From positions 21,920,912 to 21,984,911 of the forward strand of contig NC_092675.1 of assembly GCF_964355755.1 (NCBI RefSeq): a stretch of DNA of 64,000 nt. The letters are read 5' to 3'. Shown piece by piece: positions 25,561-39,624 of this stretch. The stretch comes from Antedon mediterranea. Taxonomy: Eukaryota; Animalia; Echinodermata. Numbering within the stretch: the first letter of the stretch is position 1; the number at the start of each line of letters is the position of its first letter. A program made the translations under genes and the position numbers. The notes beneath the pieces are model-generated. The model worked only from the letters and a program-made list of their open reading frames with translations, was not told the origin of the DNA and searched no databases.

Positions 25561-26511
25561 TCATTTCATCAATGTGCTGCCCTCGCTCTTTGTAGACTTG
25601 TGTCTAAATCTCCAGATCAGATTATTAGGACTTATGAAAAAATGATTAAAATATAGATTACATTCACATGTATCCACTTATATAACAACATTTAATTGAC
25701 AGTTCGTGCACAAACATTTCCTGCATGTAACTATCCTCTTGTGTTGCTAAATTAATACAAGGTCACTTCTCAGTCTCTTTCTACATGTAATGTATAAAAT
25801 AATATAATTTGCTTTGCATCATCATAAGAAAAACTGTATCTACATGTATCTGTATGTCTTTCAGAACGAAGTATATCTGTACTATATCCACATATCAGTT
25901 TGTGTTTGTAGTTTTATATTTGGTACTGTACTGGTATACCATATACCTTGAAATATGGTTGATTGTGACCTTGGGAATATTTTATGTTGTGGCGTACTAG
26001 TATCATCATCAAGTAATGTATCTGTTCAATGTTTGTTCCCAATTTTAATCTAGTTTGTACATTATCACTATTAGGTGAGTTGTTGTTAAATTACATTTTT
26101 CAGTTGTCAAAAACTTTTCCCAGCTAGTGATCACTTTTTAAACTTTGATATACTGTATAACATTAACCAAATATCGTTTTATTTGGAATATATTATCAGT
26201 GGTTTGTCATGGGACTATTTTGAAATTAGTGCATTTTAAGAAATCATTGAAATACACATTAATTATTTAGCTTATAAGGTACTATTCAAAAAATTGAAAA
26301 GATAGATACTTTCATATCAGGGGCCTGTTACATGGAAGTTTTTATTTTAAAATATTTGTATATGCATATCTACTGTATGACAAACCAACCCTTTCTGATT
26401 CAAATTTAATTTTTAAGAAAAAGCAGGCTAAACATTGTGCCTGTGTCTGCTTGTGTAGTAACAGAGAACAAGAAGAAGTAGTAACACATTAATTTTGGCT
26501 AACAATTGCGA

Positions 26512-26837
26512 TATTATTTATTTCTTGTTTCAAGAGGGTGACCCAGCCAGCGGAAGCTGATTTTAAGGGGCCCTCAACAATACAACATAAAAAATCACAA
26601 GTAAAAATATATTAAAATAGTTAAAATTGAATAAAGAATAAATATAAAAATGTAAATAGAAATGCAAAACAGTAAAAGGTGAGGAAGATAAAAATTTAAA
26701 AAGTGTCATTATTAAGCATAAAATTCTTTAATTTACTTTTAAAATTTAAAAAGGTATTGTAATTTCTAATAAAAACGTCTAACGAGTTAAAATATGTAGG
26801 TCCTTTATAATTAAAAGAATGTTTAAAAAGTTCGCAC
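26512..26837 (-). mobile_element. L2/Crack-group LINE 3' end
   Basis: The - strand encodes CELFKHSFNYKGPTYFNSLDVFIRNYNTFLNFKSKLKNFML, a typical ORF2 C-terminus, followed by a terminal gaggg...ccctc stem-loop and A-rich tail. Confidence 0.75.
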
Positions 26838-27504
26838 AATATTGACTATTTCAATTAATACTGCGAGTTTTCTCAAAGATGCGTTGTTAAAGTAAAACTG
26901 GGGTGTCTCAATTATTTGTCTGATTTTGTAGTGATCTCAGAAAGTAAAGTAAAAACACAAATAAGGCAAAATAAAATCCAAATGTAGTGCAACTTAACAA
27001 ATAAATTGATTCAATTTAGTTTTCTAGATATGCTCATAATGCAACCAATTATCATCACCTGTCCTAACAATGACATTATTATTTGTACATGTCTCACATG
27101 ACACAGGTGCCAGTTATATATCTTTTATTTAATGAGTCATCCATGCTTAAGTAATTCTATCAGATTTTATTAAATTATTAAACAAATTTCCATCTGTTGT
27201 TAGTAAATGAGATGATTTTGTGTAATAATGTAATTTTGCCCTTTTTATGACCGAACATCAGGTTTTCACACTAATTATGGTTGTCCATGAAAAGCAAGTA
27301 GTATTACCAAACTTAGAGCATTAACTTATTTATTTTTTTCTGATTCCATGTACCAGGCATACTGTATTGTTTTTATAAAAAAGTATCTGTTATTTTTTAT
27401 ATTACTCAAGTGTTGTTTTGATGTTGTATATCTACATGTATTATATTTTCTTTATATGTATTAATCCAGTTAATGGTGGTTGTTGGATGATCTAGAAATA
27501 AAAT

Positions 27505-28135
27505 AAAAATGCAAGCATGAATGCTTGGCTTTGTTTTTGTTATTCGTATATTAAAACCAAATATGGCTGTGCATCTTCAAGAAAGAGCAGTTAGGTTCCT
27601 ACAAAATTATGGTTTCCCATGAAATTAAAAGCATTATATATGGATGCCATTAGGAAGAACAATAATATGCAAGAATGAATGCTTTGGTTTTATTTTTGGC
27701 TGCTTATGACCAAATATGGCATCTTTTGAGGAAATACTATAGTACTTAGTAGTATAGTAGGCTCCCACATTAATTATGGTTGTTTAGTTTCCTTGCTAGT
27801 TTTTTTTCTTGCTAGTTTAACTGTACAGTACTTTGTATATAAGTAGACGAATGAAGGGTGTGGCCACCAGAGCATCAATCTATATTAAGTAAATGCTTTG
27901 ATTTCCATTTTGCCCTGCATATGAGCAAGTATACCATTTTTTGTCATATGAAGAGCCATGTGGTTCCCACCATAATTAGGCTTGTCCATAGAAAGGAAGT
28001 ATTTTATTATTTTCCACTAAGTTAATAAATGTCATTGAGTCGGAACCGCAGCATGCAATATATAATATGGACGGCTTTTTTATGCTGCTTATAACCAAAT
28101 ATGGCATCATTTCAATGTAAATCATAATGGGAAAA
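27505..28135. repeat. Three degenerate direct repeats
   Basis: atgcaa...accaaatatggc blocks recur near 27509, 27668 and 28052. Confidence 0.6.
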
Positions 28136-31100
28136 ATATATCTTTTATTAAAGTATAGTCTTAAGAAGTGTGCCATATATATTGCATTTAATTTTAAATT
28201 TCTTGATTATTTTCAAAGCTCCTGAGGCTTAGAATAATAACCATATTATAAACAACGTCATTATGAACAACACACTAACAATAAATAGGAATGATATCAA
28301 TATACTTATGAATATTTTGATTATGTATTAATAGATATACCTGAAGGCCATATCCTCAACCTATTTTTATTTTAATCATTTCATTTTGATATCCGATATT
28401 ATTCCGCACATAATTAGTCTGTAAATGATCAGTTTGATAACTAAACTCAATGCAGTGACTGTGTATATTTTATCTTGACTATTGGAATTTTCTGTTTAGA
28501 TTTCAGCATATTTGTTTATTTTACTGGGATTTATATTTTGTCAAGGTATGTTTTTTATATCAATTCATATTCGTAACTCTATTTGTCATGTTAAGTCAAT
28601 TTAAATTAGCAACCTATAATTTTATTCTGCAACATGTTTTTGTGCAATTTAATTTTTAAGTTCTTACTATAATTTACATATATTATTATTATTATTTTAC
28701 TTATATATTTCATTGATGTTTCCTCAAATCTGTGCAATTTCAAAGATTTTATGTATAATTTTTCTTACTGTCGCATCATTCAATCAAAACATCCCTATTA
28801 CCTACTTCAGTAATAATCATACATGACATTATTGATTATATATATATATATTTTGATATTGATTTGTGATATGTGACAACACAAGTGCTATGTTTTGTGA
28901 CCCTTAAAAATGTAATCAATACAACTCAAATGTTCTATTAATAAATAATACAGATTTCAATCATTGCTTCACTGGTTGATTGAGGTTTTCCCACAATGTG
29001 TCGGTATAATTTATTGCATACTTCAATTACTATCTGTTTATACATTGCTGTTTCATAAATCATTATTTGTATCCAAATAGTTTCAATCTGTCACATTAAC
29101 AGTTTCATAGAAAAATCTATTTACCATATTGTGATATACAATAGAAACACCCAGCTTTTAGAGATCCCTATTCAGGAGACATGTTTCTGTGAAACAAGTA
29201 AGGGGAAAGTTCTGTTTCAACACATGGTCAACCCCTATTTAGGAGACAATTTGTAGGCTCTAAAAGTGTACTCTAATAGGGTACAACAAAAAAGGTAGGC
29301 ATTGTGGAAAACAAATAATAACTGAGTCGAGAGAGAATTTGTAAATTTTATGTGCATAATGTTTGAATTCTGTAACATAATATGGGAATAAAATGTGAAA
29401 AAGTCTGTTTAATCAGATGCTGTAGCTGAAGGCAGTGTAATCATTCCAGGGATATCATTTCTGGTTCTTTCACACCAATAAGCTAAGAATAACAACAACA
29501 TAGGTATAGTGCTTTGTTGTGTTTGTTGGTTTAAGGTATCCTGTGTTCTCTCGAGTGTCATTTAGTTTTCAGTTCTTAATTAGGAGGATGCTATCAAATA
29601 GCTACTAACACCTTTCCTGTAGTGGATTTATTAAAGAAAAGCTTGACCACAAATACAACTGCCTGGTAGTCTGTAGGTCAGTTTAGTTTGTTATCAGCTA
29701 TTAGAACAAATGTTTTTATAGGATTGTTTTTTTTCTGTACAGAGGAAGAGGTATGATGGAATAAATGTAAGTTGTTTTCAAGCAGTTAACTATATAAGGA
29801 AATTATCAACTCAAGATAAAAATTTATTATAAGAACAAAGTTGAGCCTGGAATGAATCTTAGTCAACATTTTATAGTTTAATTGTAAAAACAAAATTCTT
29901 TTTTTTTATTTGCATGAAAACAAAACCTTTATGCCTGATGTTAGAAATAGAGTATCATTATATAGAAATAAAAAAATGCCTTCTTGGAAAATTTATTTGT
30001 GAGCTCTAACTAATACTATATAAATGGTTTTTCTAATACACATGTCAACAGTGATAATACATCTAATGTGAACTATGCCAGAATAATAAATAATACAAGC
30101 ATGTTTGTAGTTTGCAACGTTGATCTTTGATATTAGTTGCATGACTATCCAAGTGCATGTACGTTAATCAATGATGGTTTACTCAATATAATTAGAGCCT
30201 ACTATGCACTTACTAAGAAAGGTAATAGGACATTTACTAAGCATACAAATTAGTAACACTATACATTAAAGTAGCATGAAATTGATAGTACATGTGATCT
30301 TACAAGTAAAATCACAGTTTCAAAGATATATGAATTTCGAGTTTAGTCTAAATTTTGTTCACATTTCAATATTATACATTACTATATTATAGCTACAATT
30401 TAGTTTAGTTTGTATTTTATATATTATGATTATTAACATTTAATTTTGACAAGATGTTTTTCTTTGTTGACGTTGTATGCTTAGAAATTACGAAATGAAT
30501 ATATATTACAAAAATTGATAATAAATATTCATTATGAAGTATTTCTAAATACAAATGTGCAATTCTGATTTAAGAATTTTTTTAAAAGAATTCTTATGTT
30601 GGCAAAAAATAAAATTGTTAAAAACACTCTATTATTGTTCATACTGTAGATTACAATAATATAAATTTAAAGGAAGGATGTCAGAGACTGCTAAAGATGG
30701 AGACCAGAGTTTATAACTTTCTTCATTTGTTATAACAATTTTTAGGGGTAATAACCATAATTTCCATAATTTGAAGAAGCATATATAGTTTCTGAATGTA
30801 CATAGAAATGACTAATTGTGTTTAACTTTGTATTCTGAAGATTCTTATCAAAACTGAAAACCGTGGCCCATATAGCCGGTGTCTGAATCAACTAAATTGA
30901 CTGTATCATTTAATTTCCCAAAGACAATTTTCCCATTGCCTTGTTAATTTATGTACCTAGCATGCATAGCAAGTGCTATGATTGAGTATATTTTTCATTT
31001 TGATTGGGATTATATTTCTTAATACTAATATAATTGTTGTTCTAATGAATCACTTTCAAAGTTTTCTTTGCACAGGATGTACGTGACAATGACAAACATA

Positions 31101-34100
31101 GGAAAGTCTAAACATTCTTACAGAGTAATACATTCAAATTTTTGTATAAATAAAAAGTCACAAAATTTATTGGTGGACTTTTAACATTATGAAGTTGCAC
31201 AGTAATATAATGTAGATATGTCAAGGAGTAGTAGAGATACTGTATACCTGTACATGTGGTGTTACATTTGATGCAAAATGTGGTACTTTGTTAATTAAAC
31301 TTAGTTAAGTGTGAATGAATGAACGAAGTGTATTTGCATAATATTTGACAATTTCCAAAAATTACCACATCTTATATAATTTTTCAAGGAAATCAATATT
31401 ATCATAAGACAATGGCGTCTTTGGCTTTGTATTTCTCTTTGTCCTGTTTATTTTCTATGTGATTCAAGTCTGGAAAATTTCTTGTTTTCTTGTGTTTTTC
31501 CGAGTTAATTATTTTACCTTCCTGTTTTCATGCATATTGGGTGATTGAATGTGATCTTTGTTCAGCTGGTGGCTAAGCCTACGTTGTCATATCGGTTTAG
31601 TCATCTGATTGTACAATACCTTCGCCTCTCTTGGGGAAAAACAATTGAAAGATGCTCTCCAGAATTTTCTAAGTAAGGTCAGAAAATTCATTGCAGAAAA
31701 CGTTTTTGTAAGTATAGTACATAGGCATATTATGATTTTAACGGCCCTATATTTATTTCATTGGATCTTTTAAAAGCTTGCACTTTTCAATTTTATGCAG
31801 TTAATGGTGATGCTTTGTGGTGATTCGTAAGGCATATATTTAATAGTGTACCAAGATATTAATAGCGTAGTTTCCTTTATGATGATTCTACAATCCATCT
31901 GTTTTTGTATGTTTGTTTTTAATGAATGAGAAAATTATTCGACAGCTTCACATAAACGGAAGTTGTTAAGGTATTAAATTTGTGTATTACTCTGTACCTA
32001 CTATACTATGCAATTGTGATCGGTTCTTGCTCATGTTCAACATCCCATAATACTACATGAACAGTTTAAAAATATACCCAATTGTGTGGATGAGGAGACC
32101 AAAGCTTAAATACAAATTTTCCATAGTTATAAAAATTGTTTCTATTTAAAAATAATAAAAAAACGGCTTTTTCCTCAAAACCGGTTGGCAGTTGAAGTAA
32201 AATTGAGTCCACGGTTGTATTGCAGGTCAAAATTGCTCCATGAAAAACAGAAATGGGGAGTTGTGCTAAACCATTTTTTAAGATCAAGGATTAAGGACCC
32301 ATTTCTATTACCAAAAAATGGTTTAAAACTACTGCTAATAAATATAAATTTACTACATCTGTATCCACATATTTCATAAAAGTGATTTATCACTAACTTG
32401 CTGATAATTTATGGGATTTAGTGATGACATGTGATAAGGGTTTGTGGTGTTCATCTTGTTAAAAATGTGTTACAACACAAAAAAAGTGTCAATACAAATA
32501 TTTGATAGGTTACCTTCAAAACCAAAACTATGCATATATGGTAATTCATTTGATTTGTGGTTTTAGGTGTATAGTTTTGTACAAGCAATAATATATAAGT
32601 GGTTGAGGTTTTTTGAAGTGGTTTTGGATGATTAATTGTTATTATATTGGTATATTATAATGACTGAACAGTGGCATATTAGTGAATAGTACCTTGACTT
32701 CTCTAATCCTACTATCTTCAAAAGATTATCTCTTGCTTTTGATATCTAATGTGATATAATACTGTGTGGGAAGAATAATAATATTCATATATCACTATCG
32801 CTAAATGATTCATCAAATCTTGTATATTTCTTACCTTATTTAGATGAATATCATAATAATTTAATAATATATAAAATGGTCATAACAATTTATTTAAATT
32901 CTTTATATACTTTCCTTTTTCCTGTTTTTAATTAACAATTAATAATAGTTTACTTCTATAGCAATAAGTTCTTAATTAATGCAATGTGAATGTCATAAAA
33001 TAATTATATAAATAATTTATTTTTTAAATAGTTTTATACGTTAAATTGTGATTCATGTATTCAGAAATATACTTATTTGGCATTCATCCACCTTTATGTC
33101 CTAAAATGTAAATTTCCTGCGATTAAGCCCTTTGATTGGCTGATAAATAAAGCATGCAATACAACCACTTTTTACATCACTACGTGCTTATTATATGCTG
33201 TGGGGTTCAGATTTCAGGTAGTACAAAATCCTATTTAATTGGATTGGATTATTCTAATCTACACCCTTAAGTTTATCAATAGAGTTTAGTTTTGGAACAC
33301 ATCCTGTATAAAGACTGTGGATTCTACTTTGGTCGTTATTCATTGCATGTAAATTTGCTGTGGTCATTGTCCACTGGAAGAGTCAAGAATGACTTACAAT
33401 GAGGCTGTATATAGAAATAGGAGAATTCCTATAGTATACACAAATATGGCAAATTGATAGGAATATATTTGATTATATCTATTCAGTTGTAATGAATTGT
33501 ACTGGTATGTGGGAAACATGGATTTGAGGCCTGTCTTTGCCAAGACCTTATTGTTTATCTTATCTATTTATCTAGGAAAAAGGCTATTTACTCCCATTGT
33601 CTCAACCTTCGGATGGGACATTAAATTGTTTATCCCATGTCTAGCATGAACATGCATACAATAAAAATCTGCGTACAATAAAAATTTAAGTACACTACTA
33701 TATTTGTAAATGTAATGGATCGTCTCTTGGTAAGCTAATCTAGGCACTTAAATGTAGCTGAAATGAATCTATATATTGCCACCTTTCGTGAGCTTCCAGT
33801 TAAATTGTGAATCATAAGAATATTTAAAAATATACTAATTATTATGCTGAACAATATGTTATAAAGAAAAGAAAGCAAGCGTGTGAGACCTGTTGAGTTT
33901 CCTGTCGAGCCTAAACCGACAGTGTTATTAATTATGCGTAAAATAAAGAACAGTTATTTTTTTGTAAGCGCATTATATACAGCTCAAATAATTAGTTTTG
34001 GTTAATTCTTATAAAGTATCTTATGAAAGATAAATACCCTTAAACAGAACACTGGAAACTGACCAATGGTAGTTATGAAATAAATAAATGTATGAATGAA

Positions 34101-35606
34101 AAAGATAAAAAATTGTCATAATCAAAACTTTACATGCAGATACATGCCATTATACCATTTTTTAGAATGAAGTTGCATAAGATAGCAACTGTTAAAATGT
34201 GAGATTCTGTTCAGTAGAGATAACATTATTCTGATTTTATCAAATTGCCAAGGACTATGAAAAGTAAATTTTTTTTACCATCCCGATATAAAGGTGACTC
34301 CATTCTGAAAACAAAAATGAATACAATGAATGAATGCACAAAGTCATATAACAAGTTTTTGAGAGAGACGAGTTGTTATGAAAAAAATTGGATGGATTTG
34401 AACCAAGGTAGCCGTAGCATAGCATCAAGCTCATTCCATCATTTAAAATTCAGTTTCATATTCTTGTTCACTAAATTGCATATTGCTGAGGTCATCATGA
34501 TAAGCTGTCTATAAAATCTAAAACACCTACAGTATGTCAGATTGACAAAGTTATTAATCAAGTACAATGTCCACTTTTATATGAATCAATTGACCATTAT
34601 CATTTGACAACTTCCCTTGTTTTTGATTGGTCATCTGGCTTGTAAACAAGCATGACCAGCTTGACTTGATGTGTGAAACTGAGATAACAACGTAATTGAA
34701 TTCATTCATTCAAAAAAGTCATAGTTGACGAACTTAAAAAAAACAGTACCTAAGTTGATTTAGTTGCGACCATTTCTGAAAGATTTAATTCAGGTAGTGT
34801 ATTTATTTTACATGAAACATTTGCCTACTGCAGCTGTGATTTGGTTCTTGGTGGTTTGTAAATATCTGTTTTGCAGCCCAAACAAAGCTAGCATGGGGTG
34901 GATGCAGGCCCCCTAATAACAGCTGTAACGTCAGCAATGGCTGAATTTGAACCCCATACTCTTTTCAAAGATGTGCTGTGTTCTTTAAAATGCACACAAG
35001 TCATTACTGGACCTCTATTTTAAAGTCATTATTGTACAGACTTATTCTACCACCACCTACAATTTACATGGACAAGAAGAAGGGCCTCAAACTTGCAGCA
35101 ATTTGGCTATTTAGTTACAGTGCCACTGCTGTACCGCTAATAATAAAGTGATATAAAGTGTAATATACAGGTTATATTTCTCAGTTTGTCCTTATACAAA
35201 CATTCTTCTCCATTTCAATTTGATTGTATTTAGCAAGTTATGTCAGTGACTGAGAGTCCTTAAAATATGCTTTAAAAAATGTCCTCCTAATTGCATGTGT
35301 TGTGACTATTAATTTTCCTAATTATCTCTTAACACAAAAATTCAAAATATTGAAAAGTGATGACAAAAGCGTAGATAACTTGATTAGATGGTTAATATAC
35401 CTGGTTGACTGCATTCTTACAAGTGATATTTTAATAACTACATGCTTTGTGTATTATACAAACGGTTTAGTGTTTTCATTTATTCAATTAGATTGCATAG
35501 GAATGTAAATTATACCTGGAAAAGTTTTAGCTTGATTTAATTTGAAGCAATAGTGTTATCTAAGATTTTAGAAAAGACATTTATTTTATTTTTATTTATT
35601 TTAACG

Positions 35607-36735
35607 CAGTGGCGGATCTAGGATCTGACGAGGGGGGGTGGCCACGAACGTGGCAAACGAGGTGCGTAGCACCGAGCGGGGGAGGGTTTGGGAGGGGGTG
35701 TCCCCCTCCCGAGGCCGAGGCTCCGAAATTTTTCGAAAAAATAGATGCTTACACACTGTTTAATAGGCTAGAGAAACTGTTTCCATCACACTTAATAACA
35801 AATATTACATAATGTAAATTTAAATACATCCTTCCTAAATACTGTACGGATCTTTTTCGACGAACTAATAATAAACTTTGATCGAAAAACCTTCAAACAA
35901 AATGAACATTTGGTAATGCAGTACTCCGAAAATGCCTCGATAGAGAATGCATGTGTTGTGTGTACCGTGTTTTGGTGGTCTGTTAACCTCAGAGATATAT
36001 ACCCTACAGCCGGGTGAATAACTCAATGTAATTTGGTATACAATGATCGCAGTAATCGCCGTGTCTATAACACAAATAAAAAAACGCCAAATACGCCACA
36101 TACTTTTTTCGGCCGTCCCGCCGTGTACATAAAAGACATTTCATGTTTATTTTATGCCTATAAAATAATAAAAGAACACCATGTTTCTCGTTTATTTTTA
36201 TCGTTTATACTGCATACCATAATATTATACAAAAAACTTTCATGCGCGAGAAAAAAGTTCCCGATATTACACTCCACTCAGGGGTGTAAATATACCACGC
36301 TAACGCTTGTGCACACACGGACCACCAGGGCGGCGGAAATTAACTGCAATGGAAAATGGTGTATTTTGGAGAGTGATGACGTCAGCATTAAAACGAGGAG
36401 CGAGCTTGACAACGTGACGCTGGTAGTTTTAGGAGTGCGTGTGTTTTGAAAGTGGGTATTTTCCGAAGATTGTAAATCGTGTTTTCTTTTTAAACTCTTG
36501 AATTCATAATAGTAATTGAACTCTTAGCTCTTTCACTGTGTAGGCCTATTTACACACAACTATTAATGCTAACCCTAGCTCTAGTAGGGCCTAGCTAGGC
36601 CTACTCTTCTTAATTAAAAGATTAATCCACGTCTAGCGACGGTCAATCGCGATTAGGTTGCATCTTTTTTTTTTTTTTTTGAGAATTAAGGGGGGTGGCT
36701 AGCCACCCTATTCACCCCCCCTAGATCCGCCACTG
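35607..36735. mobile_element. hAT-like non-autonomous DNA transposon, 1129 bp
   Basis: Perfect 16-bp TIR cagtggcggatctagg, G-rich subterminal motifs, CpG-rich interior; flanks taacg / taacc. Confidence 0.85.
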
Positions 36736-39595
36736 TAACCATATTTAATGAGTTGCTGATCATTTGGGACCCTCATACTGGTAGCAAGTTTTTCAATATG
36801 TGTGTTTGATATTCAAATGAACTATTTATTTTCTCTAATAACTTTTACTACATACCTACTACCATATTTACATATATTTACGTGATAGTCTACAAATAAT
36901 TATTTCTTATAATGCCTATCGTTTTAGCTTTTGAATCAAATGAGGTCCCAGCTATTTTTAAAAAGAAGCTTAAAAATCTGATGAAATTACTAATTGTTAT
37001 TGTCAATAGGGGCCTACATGCTTTACAATTGGATTTTTTTAAACCAATTAATTTTCTGATTGAGAGAACATTTTACAAACAATACATTCAGTCAGGGTTA
37101 CGTGACTGAAATATTTGTATTCTAAATCTAAAATTCATATTTATCTCTTTGTGCCTACAAAAAAAGTAACAGTTAAACTAGCTGAATATGGCCTGCCCTA
37201 GTTTTTGTCATTGCTAGTAAACTTTAATAACCAATAAATATTATGTGGTTTATTGTACCATTATAAACTAATGCTCTAAAAAATGTTTATCGAATTGGGA
37301 TCATTTTAATTCTGAAACTAACCATATATTTCTCTTGTTTACAGGAAAAACAAGGATAAAATATTGCAATTTTAATTTGCTGTATATAAAATAAAACATA
37401 TACATAAACATTTTTAACCAACAATTGTAAGATCTTCCAAGATCCAAGACCCTTGGAATGGAGCTCCCGCTTAGCTTGTCAGGCATTAATGTCAATAGCT
37501 TAAAGTAATGTTATGATTTTGTATGTTTTCAAAGAGTTTTTACAAATATTTAAATAAAATCAGGCCTACATACAAGCCTACATAAATGGTATGAGCAGGA
37601 AAGCATTTGATTAGCAAATCAGCATGTTGTGTATGGTAATGATTGTTGTGTATGTTACAGTAGGTGGCCTACTGCGCTGTTACCATACCCTGGAGATTGC
37701 TATCATGTTTCTGGCCCAGTGAGAAATGATGGTTGCTAGGACAAGAGGTCATACCAGTCCATAGTGATGCTGACGTTTTACTCCAGAAAAATCAGCAACT
37801 TGGCAACTTGGTACTGTACTTTCACCATCTATGTTCATTCGTTTTGTCTCTCTTGACAGTAGACCTATAGCCTAAAGGGTTATAGTAACATAGTATTCAA
37901 GATCTTCTTTCAGAACTGTTTATTTCTATTTGAGAAAGTCTTACTCTTACATAACTTTGTATAAGGATTTTTTTTTTGGCCATCTACTATGAATTCATCT
38001 AACTAATCGTCTCAGCACTCTTTATTTCAACTTGTGTAAAAGTCTGAAGACTAGCTATCTAGTACGAGTCCATTCATCTTATTGTGTCTTAGAGGTTTTT
38101 ATTTCAACTTGGAAAAAGACACCTTTTTTCAGTTTACTTGTATGTGGATTAAATAATAAGAACTGTGTTTGTTTTTGGACAAAGTGGCCATGGAAGAATT
38201 AAATAAGGTAATCTAATTAATTTTAATTGTTTATATCAATTTGACGATGTTTTTCTTTGACATGTTACAAAATTACTAATACTATTAAAGTCAGAGCCTA
38301 GTGATGCCAGCTAAAGATTAAAATTAAACATAACCCTGAGAGGTAGAGTGGGTTTTTTTTGCTGGAGTACATTAATTTGTAGGCCTGTAGATGAGTGCAT
38401 TCCTGAATGGCATTCCATAGCCCCTTGCTGTTTACATACAGCTTAGTTCACTTGATTTGTTATCATCGATCATCACTGTATATTCATGGAGAAGATTTGC
38501 CTAACTAATATTATTATTCAGTTTCAATCAAACTTCCATATTAGGTTATTTTACGTTATTAATTAGCAATTTTTTTCATTTTAATTGTTTCTTTATTTAC
38601 ATGGTAAATTCCAACAATTACCCCTTTACACATTCCCAATCTTTTATAAATTGATTGAGTACCTTGGAAGTAATACGAGTTTATATCATGATATAATAAC
38701 TGCATACTTATTATACCCTTTATGAGATGACAACAATATTGTATTATCTCGATATAGCACCCTTTTTCCGTGATAAATTTGTGTCCATTTCTGTAAAATT
38801 TTAATAGTAAAAAGCCACTGTCTTTTTTTTATTGAATTTTTATAAAATCATTATTATAATAGAGATTCTTTTTGTCTCCCAATTTCACTAAAAATATGTT
38901 TCAGAAGTTCCTGCCGTAGTGAATCATACATATAGGATTAATCAGCAATGACTCCACCCTAGCTGCTTAAGGCATCTTATTGTTTAATTAATTAACACCT
39001 TTATACAGATAATGACATGACCAATATAAAACCTTGATTGGTGTAGGCATATACAGTACAACTTATTTGTCCATGGTAAATATATGAACTTAGACAAAAA
39101 TCATCCTAAAATATTTTGAATGATCAAGTTATTTTAAAACAGACATTTCTTTTTTTTTTAAGACCATTTTGCAAATGGTTAATACAGAGTAAATGCATCA
39201 AATACTATTTAATATCATTATTATCCAAATAGATAATTAAAAAAAAAATTATATAATTAATTCATAATTAGACCTTTTTTGTAGCTGTTCTGTTTTTTTT
39301 TTGTATCCATTGAGACCTAGTAAATTGTTATTTTAAAGTAATTTTCCTTTGAATGAATTTTCATGCCTCAGGCTACTGTAGAAATAAATTGATAAAGCAA
39401 ACTAGAATCTTTGCATGATGGGTGTACTGTAGTAACTCTAAGCCATAACAGTATACTATCTTAAAACAAAGTATAAAATATTATATCAGATATAATATTT
39501 TATACTTTTGTTGATCATTGTTTATTCATGAGTGCAGACAACCTAACAACATTTTTTATGTAACTCATCTGTATTCAGTCACGGCTTTGTTTGCC

Positions 39596-39624
39596 CATGG
39601 AGGTATAAAAAATATACCTCCATG
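39596..39624. mobile_element. 29-bp palindrome with 7-bp direct repeats (gtttgcc); putative P-superfamily footprint
   Basis: gtttgcc-catggaggtataaaaaatatacctccatg-gtttgcc. Confidence 0.75.

Noticed and set aside
35609-36449. ORFs inside the hAT-like element as a transposase
   Set aside because: Short, with no BED finger, DDE or dimerisation motifs; the element is non-autonomous.
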